Shown: piece by piece, positions 1-8,064 of the stretch
How positions within the stretch are numbered: position 1 is the first letter of the stretch
Layout: every line of letters starts with the position of its first letter
Virus record (IMG/VR): IMGVR_UViG_3300047388_000165
Span: 1 to 56,053 of that record
Strand: one strand, 5' to 3'
Length of the DNA stretch: 56,053 bases
Source of the DNA: a virus
Lineage: Duplodnaviria; Caudoviricetes
Position numbers and translations under genes: made by a program
Notes under the pieces: model-generated
Seen by the model: only the letters and a program-made list of their open reading frames with translations
What the model was told of the DNA's origin: nothing
Databases searched by the model: none

Positions 1-23
1 CCCGCGGGGGGGGGGGGGGGGCC

Positions 24-139
24 GGGTTTCTCTTTTTTCCTGGCTCGGTGACGGCGGACGGCCTCACGGACTTGAACGGTGCGTTCCTCCTGATTCCTGA
101 CTGCCCGATACTTCGCACCGTTGACCACTCGGTAGGCGA
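24..139. repeat. Terminal 116-bp direct repeat, copy 1 (circular assembly overlap)
   Basis: Identical to 55938-56053. Confidence 0.95.
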
Positions 140-407
140 ATTGACCCAGCCTCACCAGCCTGCGACCATCCTCATCTGGAGTTCTTGATTCGGGGTCAGG
201 GGCGCACAATTTCTCAATTCCAACCTCAATCTCCGATTGATCTGCCCCGAGTATGTAGGCGAGTAATTTGGGGTTTAGTTCCACAATCGACCCATGTTCC
301 CGGTTGGGCTTCTGCTTGGCTATGATATACCCCATGATCGCAAACACCACAGCCCCAGCACCTACCATGGAACCTTCATACATCTGCTCAAAGTGTTTTC
401 CGTACAT
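24..407 (-). CDS. Phage replication initiator/replisome-organiser-like protein, 5' part (continues across the circular junction into 55937-55773)
   Basis: Manual translation from ATG at 407: MYGKHFEQMYEGSMVGAG...LCAPDPESRTPDEDGRRLVRLGQFAYRVVNGAKYRAVRNQEER; joins in frame with ORF 55773..56042; resembles the N-terminal domain of phage initiators. Confidence 0.65.
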
Positions 408-425
408 TCCTGATGGTTTTATCAG

Positions 426-532
426 TTATGTAATCAAAGTCAATTACAATCTTATGTAATCACAAGTAATCCAAAGAAAGCCAATGTTATCCCAATCAGA
501 AGCAGAAGCAGAATAAGAGGGGTGTGGGGAGA
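426..532. promoter_or_regulatory. Candidate replication origin: AT-rich stretch with iteron-like repeats
   Basis: TTATGTAATCA at 426 and 452, GTAATC at 466, inverted CAATTAC at 441, tandem AGAAGC; adjacent to the initiator-like gene. Confidence 0.4.
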
Positions 533-620
533 TTCACGCCCCTCTCGATATCCGCCCTCACCCGATCATGCCTTCAAGCGCCAGGGGGCTGGAGCGGAGA
601 AAAGCGGGGTCCTCTCGGTG

Positions 621-639
621 TGTCAACCGCCGGTTGACA
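621..639. repeat. Dispersed palindrome, 19-bp variant TGTCAACCGCCGGTTGACA
   Basis: 1-bp insertion relative to the consensus; intergenic. Confidence 0.8.
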
Positions 640-982
640 GTACGATCGTGGGGTATGGTCACGACCACAGGATCATCAGGGCAAAGGTGTGATCGTAAGG
701 AGGGGGACTTAAAAGCACACTTTTGGAACGAGAGTTGGCATGGATCGTGAGGATGAAGTTTACCAGGAAATTGGAATTTTCCTGGAGGGGATCATCACCA
801 CTGAAGTTTTCCCAAAAACTGAATTTTTCGTAGAGGGGAGGTAAGGACACTCCAAGTCGCCCAACAGGCCCCTCCCACCGGCACCCTGTGGACACGGTCT
901 GGAATAAAAAGAGATTCCTTTAACGTAAATAAAGCTCGACAAGAAGTGCTGATACTCCCTTAGTATCCCTCCTTGTTATTCT

Positions 983-1234
983 TCACTCAACGCTCGGTAT
1001 GCCAGTCTGCTTCGGCTTGCTCACGTCGATGGGCTTTGGAGCTGGCTTCATTCTGATACGTAGCTTTAACTCCTCAAGCTCCTTGTATGCCCGTGCGAGA
1101 GTGGGCTTTAGCTTTATATCCGTCTCCACCTTAAGACAGTCTGCGAGGATAACTCTCTGCATTGCAACGGCTGCCTTGTAAGCTGGCGGATACTTCACGG
1201 GTGCGACAATAGCCCCATCATGGGTGGGCGTCAA
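983..1234 (-). CDS. Hypothetical basic protein (possibly small terminase-like)
   Basis: 83-aa helical Lys/Pro-rich ORF, divergent from the early arm; function is a guess. Confidence 0.45.
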   Translation of the reverse strand: MTPTHDGAIVAPVKYPPAYKAAVAMQRVILADCLKVETDIKLKPTLARAYKELEELKLRIRMKPAPKPIDVSKPKQTGIPSVE

Positions 1235-1252
1235 GAGTAGGTCTTGGGACGG

Positions 1253-1277
1253 TAACCATCACAGGAGCCATAGAGTG
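1253..1277 (+). promoter_or_regulatory. Putative early promoter, repeat copy 1
   Basis: TAACCATCACAGGAGCCATAGAGTG, 20/25 identical to 1650-1674; contains -10-like TAGAGT. Confidence 0.55.
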
Positions 1278-1314
1278 TAAGGCATTGCATGAAGCGGTGC
1301 CCGTGAAAGGAACT

Positions 1315-1491
1315 ATGAGTCAAGACACAATGAAAGCACTGCTCGTGCCTGTCGATGAGCAAGTCGAATCGAAACGGTTGAAAGAGCAAGCCCGGTGGGA
1401 GAACTGGGGTCGCACGTTGGGCACTGCCACCCGGGACCAAATCCTGCGGAATGCCAAGCCGGACTGGCAATGGGACGATTACAGCATATGA
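1315..1491 (+). CDS. Small hypothetical early protein
   Basis: AAAGGA SD before ATG at 1315; ATGA overlap with the next gene. Confidence 0.6.
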   Translation: MSQDTMKALLVPVDEQVESKRLKEQARWENWGRTLGTATRDQILRNAKPDWQWDDYSI

Positions 1492-1652
1492 GCATCGAAG
1501 CTGCCATCGCCAAGCGACTGATGGACATTCAGTCGGTTCACGGTTTCCGATATGCCTGCCGGGTGTGCCACCATTGGCATGCTTGGTATCGCACCGAGGA
1601 GGCTAAAGCCGTGGTGCGCGCCGCTGCCCGGCTGGCCTTCGGTCGAAGCTAA
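1488..1652 (+). CDS. Small hypothetical protein with CxxC
   Basis: MSIEAAIAKRL...CRVC; translationally coupled. Confidence 0.55.
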   Translation: MSIEAAIAKRLMDIQSVHGFRYACRVCHHWHAWYRTEEAKAVVRAAARLAFGRS

Positions 1653-1674
1653 CCATCATAGGGCGCATATAGTG
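1650..1674 (+). promoter_or_regulatory. Putative early promoter, repeat copy 2
   Basis: TAACCATCATAGGGCGCATATAGTG; contains -10-like TATAGT. Confidence 0.55.
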
Positions 1675-1776
1675 AGGGCTGCTCCGAGAGATGCCCACGG
1701 TCGGGGATTGATTTCCCTTCGAGCGTGAGAATCACTCACCCGGTGCAATCAGCATCGGTTTACAAAGGACAGCAAT

Positions 1777-2268
1777 ATGCAGACTCAAAATGACGGACAA
1801 CTCGGACTAATCGGATTCGTTGACGACGCCATCAACCGCGTCTTCGCCCCGAAAGAGATCAAAGGCAAGAACGGCGCCACAGTGGGCACCTCAGTCACCA
1901 TGCGCTCTCGCAAGGACATTGCCGAAGCTCTCCAACTCAAGGGCAAAGACAACAAGGATGCGCTCGACGCGAAGATTCTCGAACAGTCCGACTCCGCCTT
2001 CCGGCAGGTCAAAGGCCAAATCGCCGGCCTCGGCAACGATTGGACGCTCGCCAAGGTGTCGCAACGCACCCTCGGCAATGGTGTCCGCCAAATCAGCGTG
2101 GTCGTAAAGGAAATCAAACGCCAAGTTGGCCCCAAGGACGAGGAAATCGCCAAGGCCCTCGGCTGGACCGTCGAACAGGTGCAGGAAGCCCGCAATCGCC
2201 AGGAAGCGGCGCTGGCCAAGAACACGGTCGACATGGAGCCCAGCGAAACTGCCCCGGTCAACGCCTGA
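1777..2268 (+). CDS. Hypothetical early protein with C-terminal HTH-like segment
   Basis: 163 aa; EEIAKALGWTVEQV; AAAGGACAG at 1764. Confidence 0.8.
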   Translation: MQTQNDGQLGLIGFVDDAINRVFAPKEIKGKNGATVGTSVTMRSRKDIAEALQLKGKDNKDALDAKILEQSDSAFRQVKGQIAGLGNDWTLAKVSQRTLGNGVRQISVVVKEIKRQVGPKDEEIAKALGWTVEQVQEARNRQEAALAKNTVDMEPSETAPVNA

Positions 2269-2320
2269 ACGATGCCACACTCAACACCGGGTCGAGGACA
2301 CTAAGACCCGGTATTTACCT

Positions 2321-2554
2321 ATGCCTATTCGACAAGCCACGGTTAAATCACTCGCTGAAGGCGCTATCAACGCCCTCACCAACATCAATGGCGGCAGCAC
2401 TCACCTGAATGTCCGAGATTGGATGTTCTGGAGTGGAAAACTCACACCAGACGAGCTGGCTGAGCTGTACCAGCAGATACTCGACGGAATGGTCGAGGTG
2501 TACGCGAAGAACGGTGTGCCTGTTGAACAGTTCAAGGAGATGCTACCAAAATGA
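2321..2554 (+). CDS. Hypothetical protein
   Basis: ATG at 2321 after hairpin 2286-2312; coupled to the next gene. Confidence 0.6.
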   Translation: MPIRQATVKSLAEGAINALTNINGGSTHLNVRDWMFWSGKLTPDELAELYQQILDGMVEVYAKNGVPVEQFKEMLPK

Positions 2555-2748
2555 ACACCAAATGGCTGTTAATACAGGCGTTTCTCAATCGCATACCCTG
2601 CCGCGTCGTCACTCCTGGCGGCGAAGTACTTCAGTTCAAGGTCATCAACCGAATTGAGCACGAGGACGGCAGCACACGCTCCTTTAATGTCGAGGGCTTC
2701 GGCATGACGGGACAACCACTCAAAGCCCACCTGAGAACGGATGACTGA
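2551..2748 (+). CDS. Hypothetical protein
   Basis: 65 aa, overlapping start/stop chain. Confidence 0.6.
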   Translation: MNTKWLLIQAFLNRIPCRVVTPGGEVLQFKVINRIEHEDGSTRSFNVEGFGMTGQPLKAHLRTDD

Positions 2749-2929
2749 TATGACTCAAATTGAAATTGACAACGAATTTGACCTCGATCGACTGAGGCGG
2801 AAGGAAAATGAAGCCTGGGAATTGGCCGGCTGCGCTCGCGTCGATCGTGATAAAACCGACGAAGCGCGGTGGACAGCTATTGCCCGCGCTATCCGTCAAC
2901 GAATGCTCGAACTGAGAGGTAGCCAATGA
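2741..2929 (+). CDS. Hypothetical protein
   Basis: 62 aa, coupled. Confidence 0.6.
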   Translation: MTDMTQIEIDNEFDLDRLRRKENEAWELAGCARVDRDKTDEARWTAIARAIRQRMLELRGSQ

Positions 2930-3336
2930 AATATTTCTGGTACGGAATGGCTATATGCGTCGGATGTGGCTGCATCACATCAGTTATTAAGGGCTGGCTG
3001 CGTCACCGTCGAAACGTGGAGACTTGGAATCAAATCATCGACGGCATGGTCGACAACCTGCACCTGCTCCATGAGGAGACAGGGAAACTGGCCGAAGACT
3101 GGAATCGCTGGACGCTCGATGAGCGCAAGAAAGCTCTCTTTGATGTGATTCTGGGAGAGCGATTGAAGGACGACTCAAACCACGAGCGCAGCAAAGCAAT
3201 GGCTGATTGGACGCTCGAATTGCATACTCAAGACAATCCGACCCTTGCATGGAATCAGCACATCTACGCGATAATGATTCACCGCCGAATGGAGCTGGCC
3301 AAACGAGCAGTTCGAAAGGCGAAGCAAGCCAAGTAG
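2926..3336 (+). CDS. Hypothetical protein with N-terminal membrane anchor
   Basis: GAGG SD; hydrophobic N-terminus. Confidence 0.65.
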   Translation: MKYFWYGMAICVGCGCITSVIKGWLRHRRNVETWNQIIDGMVDNLHLLHEETGKLAEDWNRWTLDERKKALFDVILGERLKDDSNHERSKAMADWTLELHTQDNPTLAWNQHIYAIMIHRRMELAKRAVRKAKQAK

Positions 3337-3410
3337 GCAAAGCACGGTGCGAGACGATCTCACTCGCTCCCTCTTTGCCAGCATGGTGCTGGTGATACGA
3401 AAGGACAGAA

Positions 3411-3674
3411 ATGCAGAACATTGACGCCAAATTCCTGACAGCCTCGCAATTCCGACGGCTGGCAGATATCAAAGACCAAATCGCCGATCTCGAAAACGAG
3501 TTTAACACGATTGCCACCACTGGAACTCCAGTGAGTATGCCGGAGCCCGCACAGTTCAGGAATAAAACATACGTGGCCGGCACAGGCACTCACCGGAAGA
3601 TTACTCGCTGGACACCTGAACGCCGCGCGAAGTTTCGTCGCACAATGCGGCTGAAGCGCGAAGGGAAGCTCTGA
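3411..3674 (+). CDS. Small basic putative DNA-binding protein
   Basis: Coiled coil plus Arg-rich WTPERRAKFRRTMR tail; AAAGGACAG at 3400. Confidence 0.7.
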   Translation: MQNIDAKFLTASQFRRLADIKDQIADLENEFNTIATTGTPVSMPEPAQFRNKTYVAGTGTHRKITRWTPERRAKFRRTMRLKREGKL

Positions 3675-3742
3675 CCGTTCCACTCCCGGCTCCTTGCGAG
3701 CCCGGACTGAAGCGATCATGCTTCATAACCAAAGGACAGAAC

Positions 3743-3934
3743 ATGAGTGCAAAAAATATACCGATTGAGTTCCCTCAAACCTCCACAGCCACCGAGCAGG
3801 GCGATGGCGTGCTGATTCACTGGACGTGTCAACCGCGGTTGACAGGCAAACGTCTCGTGGTGCTCTGCGCCACCGTCGAATCCACGCGCACCGTGAAGCG
3901 CATGACGAAATATCTGCGCGAGGAGGGGCGATGA
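3743..3934 (+). CDS. Hypothetical protein
   Basis: AAAGGACAG at 3731; contains the palindrome (CQPRLT). Confidence 0.65.
   Translation: MSAKNIPIEFPQTSTATEQGDGVLIHWTCQPRLTGKRLVVLCATVESTRTVKRMTKYLREEGR
3827..3844. repeat. Dispersed palindrome TGTCAACCGCGGTTGACA
   Basis: Perfect 18-bp copy. Confidence 0.95.
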
Positions 3935-4401
3935 AAGTGACGCTCAAACGACTCTCTGCGTGCCCGTGCGGGTTCCACGCCCTGAATGACGACATCAAGC
4001 TGGGGACTGAGTATGAGGTCCAAGAGAACAGGCCGAAGCTGACCTTCGACTTCATCTGTGGTAATTGCGGCCACAAACAGAAGCTGATGGGGATATCAGT
4101 GACGCGCGATGGCGGACCTCCTGGATATCTTCCTGAGCTGCTGTTCAGTGACGAGGGCCAGAAGATGATGAAACTCACCGACATCTTGAGCGAAACCCAG
4201 CTCGACGAAGTGGAGCGCATCTTGAACGAGAGTGAGGGTGATCGGATGAAGGCCACGTTGGTGCTCCGGCGATACCTCTCGATGTTCAAAACTGAGCTGG
4301 AAGCCAAAGGCGTGGTCAGCGATTATCTTGCCTACGTCATCGCCTACAAGCAGTGGACTGGTGGCGACAACGGCGACCGCGTGGTCGCATTCAGCGCATG
4401 A
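3931..4401 (+). CDS. Hypothetical protein with CxC/CxxC
   Basis: AGGAGG SD before ATG at 3931; possible second start within. Confidence 0.6.
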   Translation: MKVTLKRLSACPCGFHALNDDIKLGTEYEVQENRPKLTFDFICGNCGHKQKLMGISVTRDGGPPGYLPELLFSDEGQKMMKLTDILSETQLDEVERILNESEGDRMKATLVLRRYLSMFKTELEAKGVVSDYLAYVIAYKQWTGGDNGDRVVAFSA

Positions 4402-4666
4402 GGCCGTACGTGGATGGCCGGCGCAGTCGAATCCTGATGCGTAGGCCTCGCCAAAAACAAAAGCGTTATCAACGTCGCAAGGGCTACTGCTGGCCGGATT
4501 GGGGCAGCAAGCCTGAGTCTCGACATTGGATGGAAAACACTTAAATTCAGCACTCCGCTGTTTCATACTTGCAACAGCGGACTCCTGGAGTTAAAAGGAC
4601 AGGGCGTGAGTGAAGCACGCAATGGGGGATACCCCCTTCACTGTTAGCTAACAAAGAAAGAACAGT

Positions 4667-4957
4667 ATGAACGCAAATCAAGTTCAAGCCTTCGTGGACT
4701 CGGAAGTCCAGAAGCTCGCCGATCGCCGCATCAAGCCGCTCATCGCGGCCATCAACGGCGAACTGGAGACTCAGCGCCAGAACAATGCTGAGAAGGCTCG
4801 TCTCGACGCGCTCAACGCGGAAGGCGACAAGCGCATTGCCGCGTTGCAGGTTGATCTCGGCAAGGCCAACACGGAGGTCAACGACCTCGCGGTGAAGCTG
4901 GCAGAAGCCACGGCTGGCGCTGCCAATACCGGCTCGACGACTCCTAGCGCAAGCTAA
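4667..4957 (+). CDS. Coiled-coil protein upstream of the ubiquitin-like cassette
   Basis: 96 aa heptad pattern; AAAGAACAG at 4657. Confidence 0.75.
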   Translation: MNANQVQAFVDSEVQKLADRRIKPLIAAINGELETQRQNNAEKARLDALNAEGDKRIAALQVDLGKANTEVNDLAVKLAEATAGAANTGSTTPSAS

Positions 4958-5000
4958 GCGTCGAGATAACCAACCAGAACAATAACCAAAAGGACACAAA

Positions 5001-5237
5001 ATGTTCCGATGCAAAGTTATGTATGGTCCCGACGAGTCTGAGTTCACGAGCGATACCCCGATCAAGATTGGGGATATCCGCCGTGCCCAGGAACTGCGCG
5101 ACGAACTCGGTTACGGTGATAACGTCAATCTGATGATTGGCGGAATTGCCATGCCCGACGACGCGATGGTTCCGCAGAACTCGGTCGTGGTGATCGAAAC
5201 CGCTGCGAACCGCAAGGCCGAACTGGCCTGCGCGTAA
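5001..5237 (+). CDS. Ubiquitin-like (beta-grasp) protein
   Basis: 78 aa; pattern KVMYG...IGDIR...LGYGDNVNLMIGG..MPDD.....VVVIETAANRKA; context with E1/E2/JAB. Confidence 0.7.
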   Translation: MFRCKVMYGPDESEFTSDTPIKIGDIRRAQELRDELGYGDNVNLMIGGIAMPDDAMVPQNSVVVIETAANRKAELACA

Positions 5238-5249
5238 GCAGTAAACCGT

Positions 5250-5302
5250 GTGCCCCAGTGGTCCGAGTAACGAGCTCGGCTGCTGGGGCACTTTTCTTGT
5301 TT
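5250..5302 (+). terminator. Intrinsic terminator/attenuator after the Ubl gene
   Basis: GTGCCCCAG...CTGGGGCAC stem followed by TTTTCTTGTTT. Confidence 0.7.
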
Positions 5303-5318
5303 AATCCAAAGGAAAGAT

Positions 5319-6065
5319 ATGGAAACAAAATTACAGTTTATTATTGCGGAGAACGGCACGTTCTACCGCGAGGACATCACCCGGAGAGAGATCGTGGTGG
5401 GGGATGCGCTGCAACGCGCGCTCAACGCCAACGTCGTCTCGAAGGTTCACAACTTACTTGAACTGCCCAGCCATGGAGCGGTTCACTTGGTTTATACCCA
5501 GCAGGACGCCACCTGGAACTTCTCGGTTCCGATGGAAACCATCAACTTTCGCACGACGTTCAAACCGATCGTCAACGAGGCGAAATACAAAGACCAGCTC
5601 TACCCGACGTTTGCCCCCAAGGAGACGACGGATACGATCATGGAGATCGAGTGGTCCCGGGAAAAAGCCATGGTCAGTCAGGACGCATCCATGCGGATTC
5701 GCTTCCTGGTGCAGGTCAAAGAACACAACGGCGGCTATTACGCGCATGACCACTACCTCTTCGCCTTCGATGGCCGGGGAGTCGCGTATCGCATGCCAAT
5801 CGCCAATCTCTTCGACACGTGTCAGGTGTGCATGGGCACCTACGATTCGAAGTCCACTACCGCCATCGGATCAGTCATTCTGGCGCTGCGGCAATTCCGC
5901 TCCGCTTCGTGGAACGCAGACTTGTTTCGCAACAAGGATACGGTCTGGAAATTCATCCGGTTCAAAGCACTGGAAAAAGGGTTCGAAACGCAATCGATCG
6001 TGGGAGCGTGGACTACGCTCTGCGAAAAGGTTGCCCCACCGCAACTCAAATTCTGTGACGTATGA
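5319..6065 (+). CDS. Prokaryotic E2-like conjugating enzyme (PRTRC protein B / E2 family D-like)
   Basis: YRMPIANLFDTCQVCMG (PN...xC catalytic region) and FRSASWNADL. Confidence 0.7.
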   Translation: METKLQFIIAENGTFYREDITRREIVVGDALQRALNANVVSKVHNLLELPSHGAVHLVYTQQDATWNFSVPMETINFRTTFKPIVNEAKYKDQLYPTFAPKETTDTIMEIEWSREKAMVSQDASMRIRFLVQVKEHNGGYYAHDHYLFAFDGRGVAYRMPIANLFDTCQVCMGTYDSKSTTAIGSVILALRQFRSASWNADLFRNKDTVWKFIRFKALEKGFETQSIVGAWTTLCEKVAPPQLKFCDV

Positions 6066-6418
6066 GCGAGACGTATCCTGAAGCGTTGCAGGTGTTATTG
6101 AACTGCGAAAACGCCACCAACCTGAAAGACCATATCGATCGCACCATCGTGAGCGTTGGCAAAGCGATGGAGATTGACACTCTCGAATATCACTCCGGGA
6201 TGTATGCCCGCAAGGACTTCACCGTCGGCGCATTAGTTGCGTCTGATCCTGAAGTTCGCCGACTGGTCAGTCGAGCGGGAGTGAATATTCGGGACTTCGA
6301 CACGAACATCTCCATAGCGTCACGGGCGATTCAGGAGGAGATGAACAAGCGCAGCCCGATTGGTGAGAAGATCGCCAAAGTCTTGAGGGATACCTGCGCC
6401 AATAGGAGCGTCCGATGA
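6062..6418 (+). CDS. Hypothetical protein within the ubiquitin-like cassette
   Basis: 118 aa, ATGA-coupled on both sides. Confidence 0.7.
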   Translation: MSETYPEALQVLLNCENATNLKDHIDRTIVSVGKAMEIDTLEYHSGMYARKDFTVGALVASDPEVRRLVSRAGVNIRDFDTNISIASRAIQEEMNKRSPIGEKIAKVLRDTCANRSVR

Positions 6419-7395
6419 AATCCACCATCTATATTATCGGGTGCGGTGGTGTGGGTAGTTGGCTGGCGCCGTCGCTGGCCTTGCTCACCTCCCCAAAGCA
6501 AATCGTGCTCATCGACGCGGACATGCTGGAAGAGAAGAATCTCGACCGGCAGTTGTTCAAACCGGAAGACATTGGTCGCTCGAAGGCGGAAGCGCTGGCT
6601 GAGCGATACGGGTGTAATCACCTGCACGCTTGGTTCTCGGAAGGACTGATGGAGTTCCATGAGGACGACTGGCTGATCGTGTGTGTCGATAACCACATGG
6701 CACGCAAGGCGGCACTCTCAGTCTGCGACCGGTATGGCACATTGGCCATCTTCGCGGCCAACGAGACGCACTCCGCTGAGGCATACTTCTATCAACGCGA
6801 GTGGATGAATCAACCACTCGATCCCCGGGTTTACTTCCCTAATATTCTCACCGACAAGTCCAATGACCCGCGCTCGCGGACCATCGGCTGCACGGGAGAG
6901 GCGCAGGTGGAAAACCCCCAGCTAGTAACGAGTAACGCACTGGCGGCATCTTTGGCCGGCCACCTTTTCGCGCTGTGGCATCTCCACGCGCCCACGGTCA
7001 AATCAAAGACAATTCCATTCCTACCATACCGTCTCGTGGCGAACCGAACTCGCCTGGAGACTCACTTAATCAAAGACAAACTGAAAGGACAGACAGATGA
7101 GCGATCCCAACCTACACCCGGAGGAGCAGTCGTGGCCGACGCTGCCAATACTTCCGGACCCACCGAGTCCACCGGAGCCAGTGGACCAGAGCCCACAGCA
7201 GCCAATATTGCCAATAATCCAAATGGAGACAGTGCAGGACGACACACTGGACGGGCTGACTCGAATAACGGACACGTCGGCAGCTCAAGCAGTGCCGAGT
7301 CAACCGCGGTTGACACAGGACGAGACGCCGTCGCCGTCCGAGACACCGCCCCCATCCACGTCGGAGCCAGAAGTGGAGGCGGATATGGCGGCTAA
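6415..7395 (+). CDS. ThiF/E1-family adenylyltransferase with a low-complexity tail ending in GG
   Basis: IIGCGGVGSW, DAD..EEKNLDRQ, CVDN, candidate catalytic Cys in IGCTG. Confidence 0.9.
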   Translation: MKSTIYIIGCGGVGSWLAPSLALLTSPKQIVLIDADMLEEKNLDRQLFKPEDIGRSKAEALAERYGCNHLHAWFSEGLMEFHEDDWLIVCVDNHMARKAALSVCDRYGTLAIFAANETHSAEAYFYQREWMNQPLDPRVYFPNILTDKSNDPRSRTIGCTGEAQVENPQLVTSNALAASLAGHLFALWHLHAPTVKSKTIPFLPYRLVANRTRLETHLIKDKLKGQTDERSQPTPGGAVVADAANTSGPTESTGASGPEPTAANIANNPNGDSAGRHTGRADSNNGHVGSSSSAESTAVDTGRDAVAVRDTAPIHVGARSGGGYGG

Positions 7396-8038
7396 AAAGA
7401 AGGTGGCCATCGCAATGGATGGCGCCATCAAAGTCGTGGAGGTGCCTGAGCCGCTCAAACGCAAGTGCGAGCTGAAGGACGTGTTGCCACAGGGCGTGAT
7501 TCAGTTGCTGGCGTCCGCGCCACACAACGAAACCGTCCGCAACGTGCTGCTCGCGCATTTGAAAGTGCCAGTGCCTGAGGAGCTGAAGAGCTACAAGGAC
7601 ATTCAGGACTGGATCGAGTTCAACATCGAGCCTCCCAAGGCGCTAGCGGCGAAAGGCGGAGTTCCTATACCGGCTTCACGTGCGGAGGTGGTCGCGGTCG
7701 CTATCGCCTTGGATGATAGGGAGCATGGAACGTGTTCTTACTCCCGCGACATGTGGGGGCGGGGAACTGTCAACGTGACGCAACATGACATCGTCACGGC
7801 AGCGGCGGAATCGGATGACTCGGATGAGTTCTGGGGGAGAGTGCGAGATGTAATCTACGAAGAAGGCCCAACCGATCACATCGAGATAGAACCGGTTCCG
7901 AACAGCGCGTCACTCAGTGATTGTGACGTGCATGACAGCGACGGGCTGACTGTGGAGATACAGACGGCGGGCTACCAATCGGTCAAGGACTTCCTTGCCC
8001 GGGTCAATCCCGAGGCTTACGAACGACTCTTTGAGTAA
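7097..8038 (+). CDS. Hypothetical acidic protein of the cassette (alternative start 7385)
   Basis: AAAGGACAG at 7084 before ATG 7097; GGAGG at 7375 before ATG 7385; Pro-rich N-terminus overlaps the E1 gene. Confidence 0.7.
   Translation: MSDPNLHPEEQSWPTLPILPDPPSPPEPVDQSPQQPILPIIQMETVQDDTLDGLTRITDTSAAQAVPSQPRLTQDETPSPSETPPPSTSEPEVEADMAAKKKVAIAMDGAIKVVEVPEPLKRKCELKDVLPQGVIQLLASAPHNETVRNVLLAHLKVPVPEELKSYKDIQDWIEFNIEPPKALAAKGGVPIPASRAEVVAVAIALDDREHGTCSYSRDMWGRGTVNVTQHDIVTAAAESDDSDEFWGRVRDVIYEEGPTDHIEIEPVPNSASLSDCDVHDSDGLTVEIQTAGYQSVKDFLARVNPEAYERLFE
7298..7315. repeat. Dispersed palindrome (exact 16-bp core)
   Basis: AGTCAACCGCGGTTGACA. Confidence 0.95.
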
Positions 8039-8064
8039 ATTAACCAGCAACCAAAGGACAGAAA

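Noticed and set aside
1-23. Poly-G run differing from 55921-55937
   Set aside because: Contig-end homopolymer noise is the simplest explanation; cannot claim phase variation or a G-quadruplex
6415-7395. ThiF as a thiamine/molybdopterin biosynthesis gene
   Set aside because: Neighbours are E2- and JAB-like; no thi or moa genes are present
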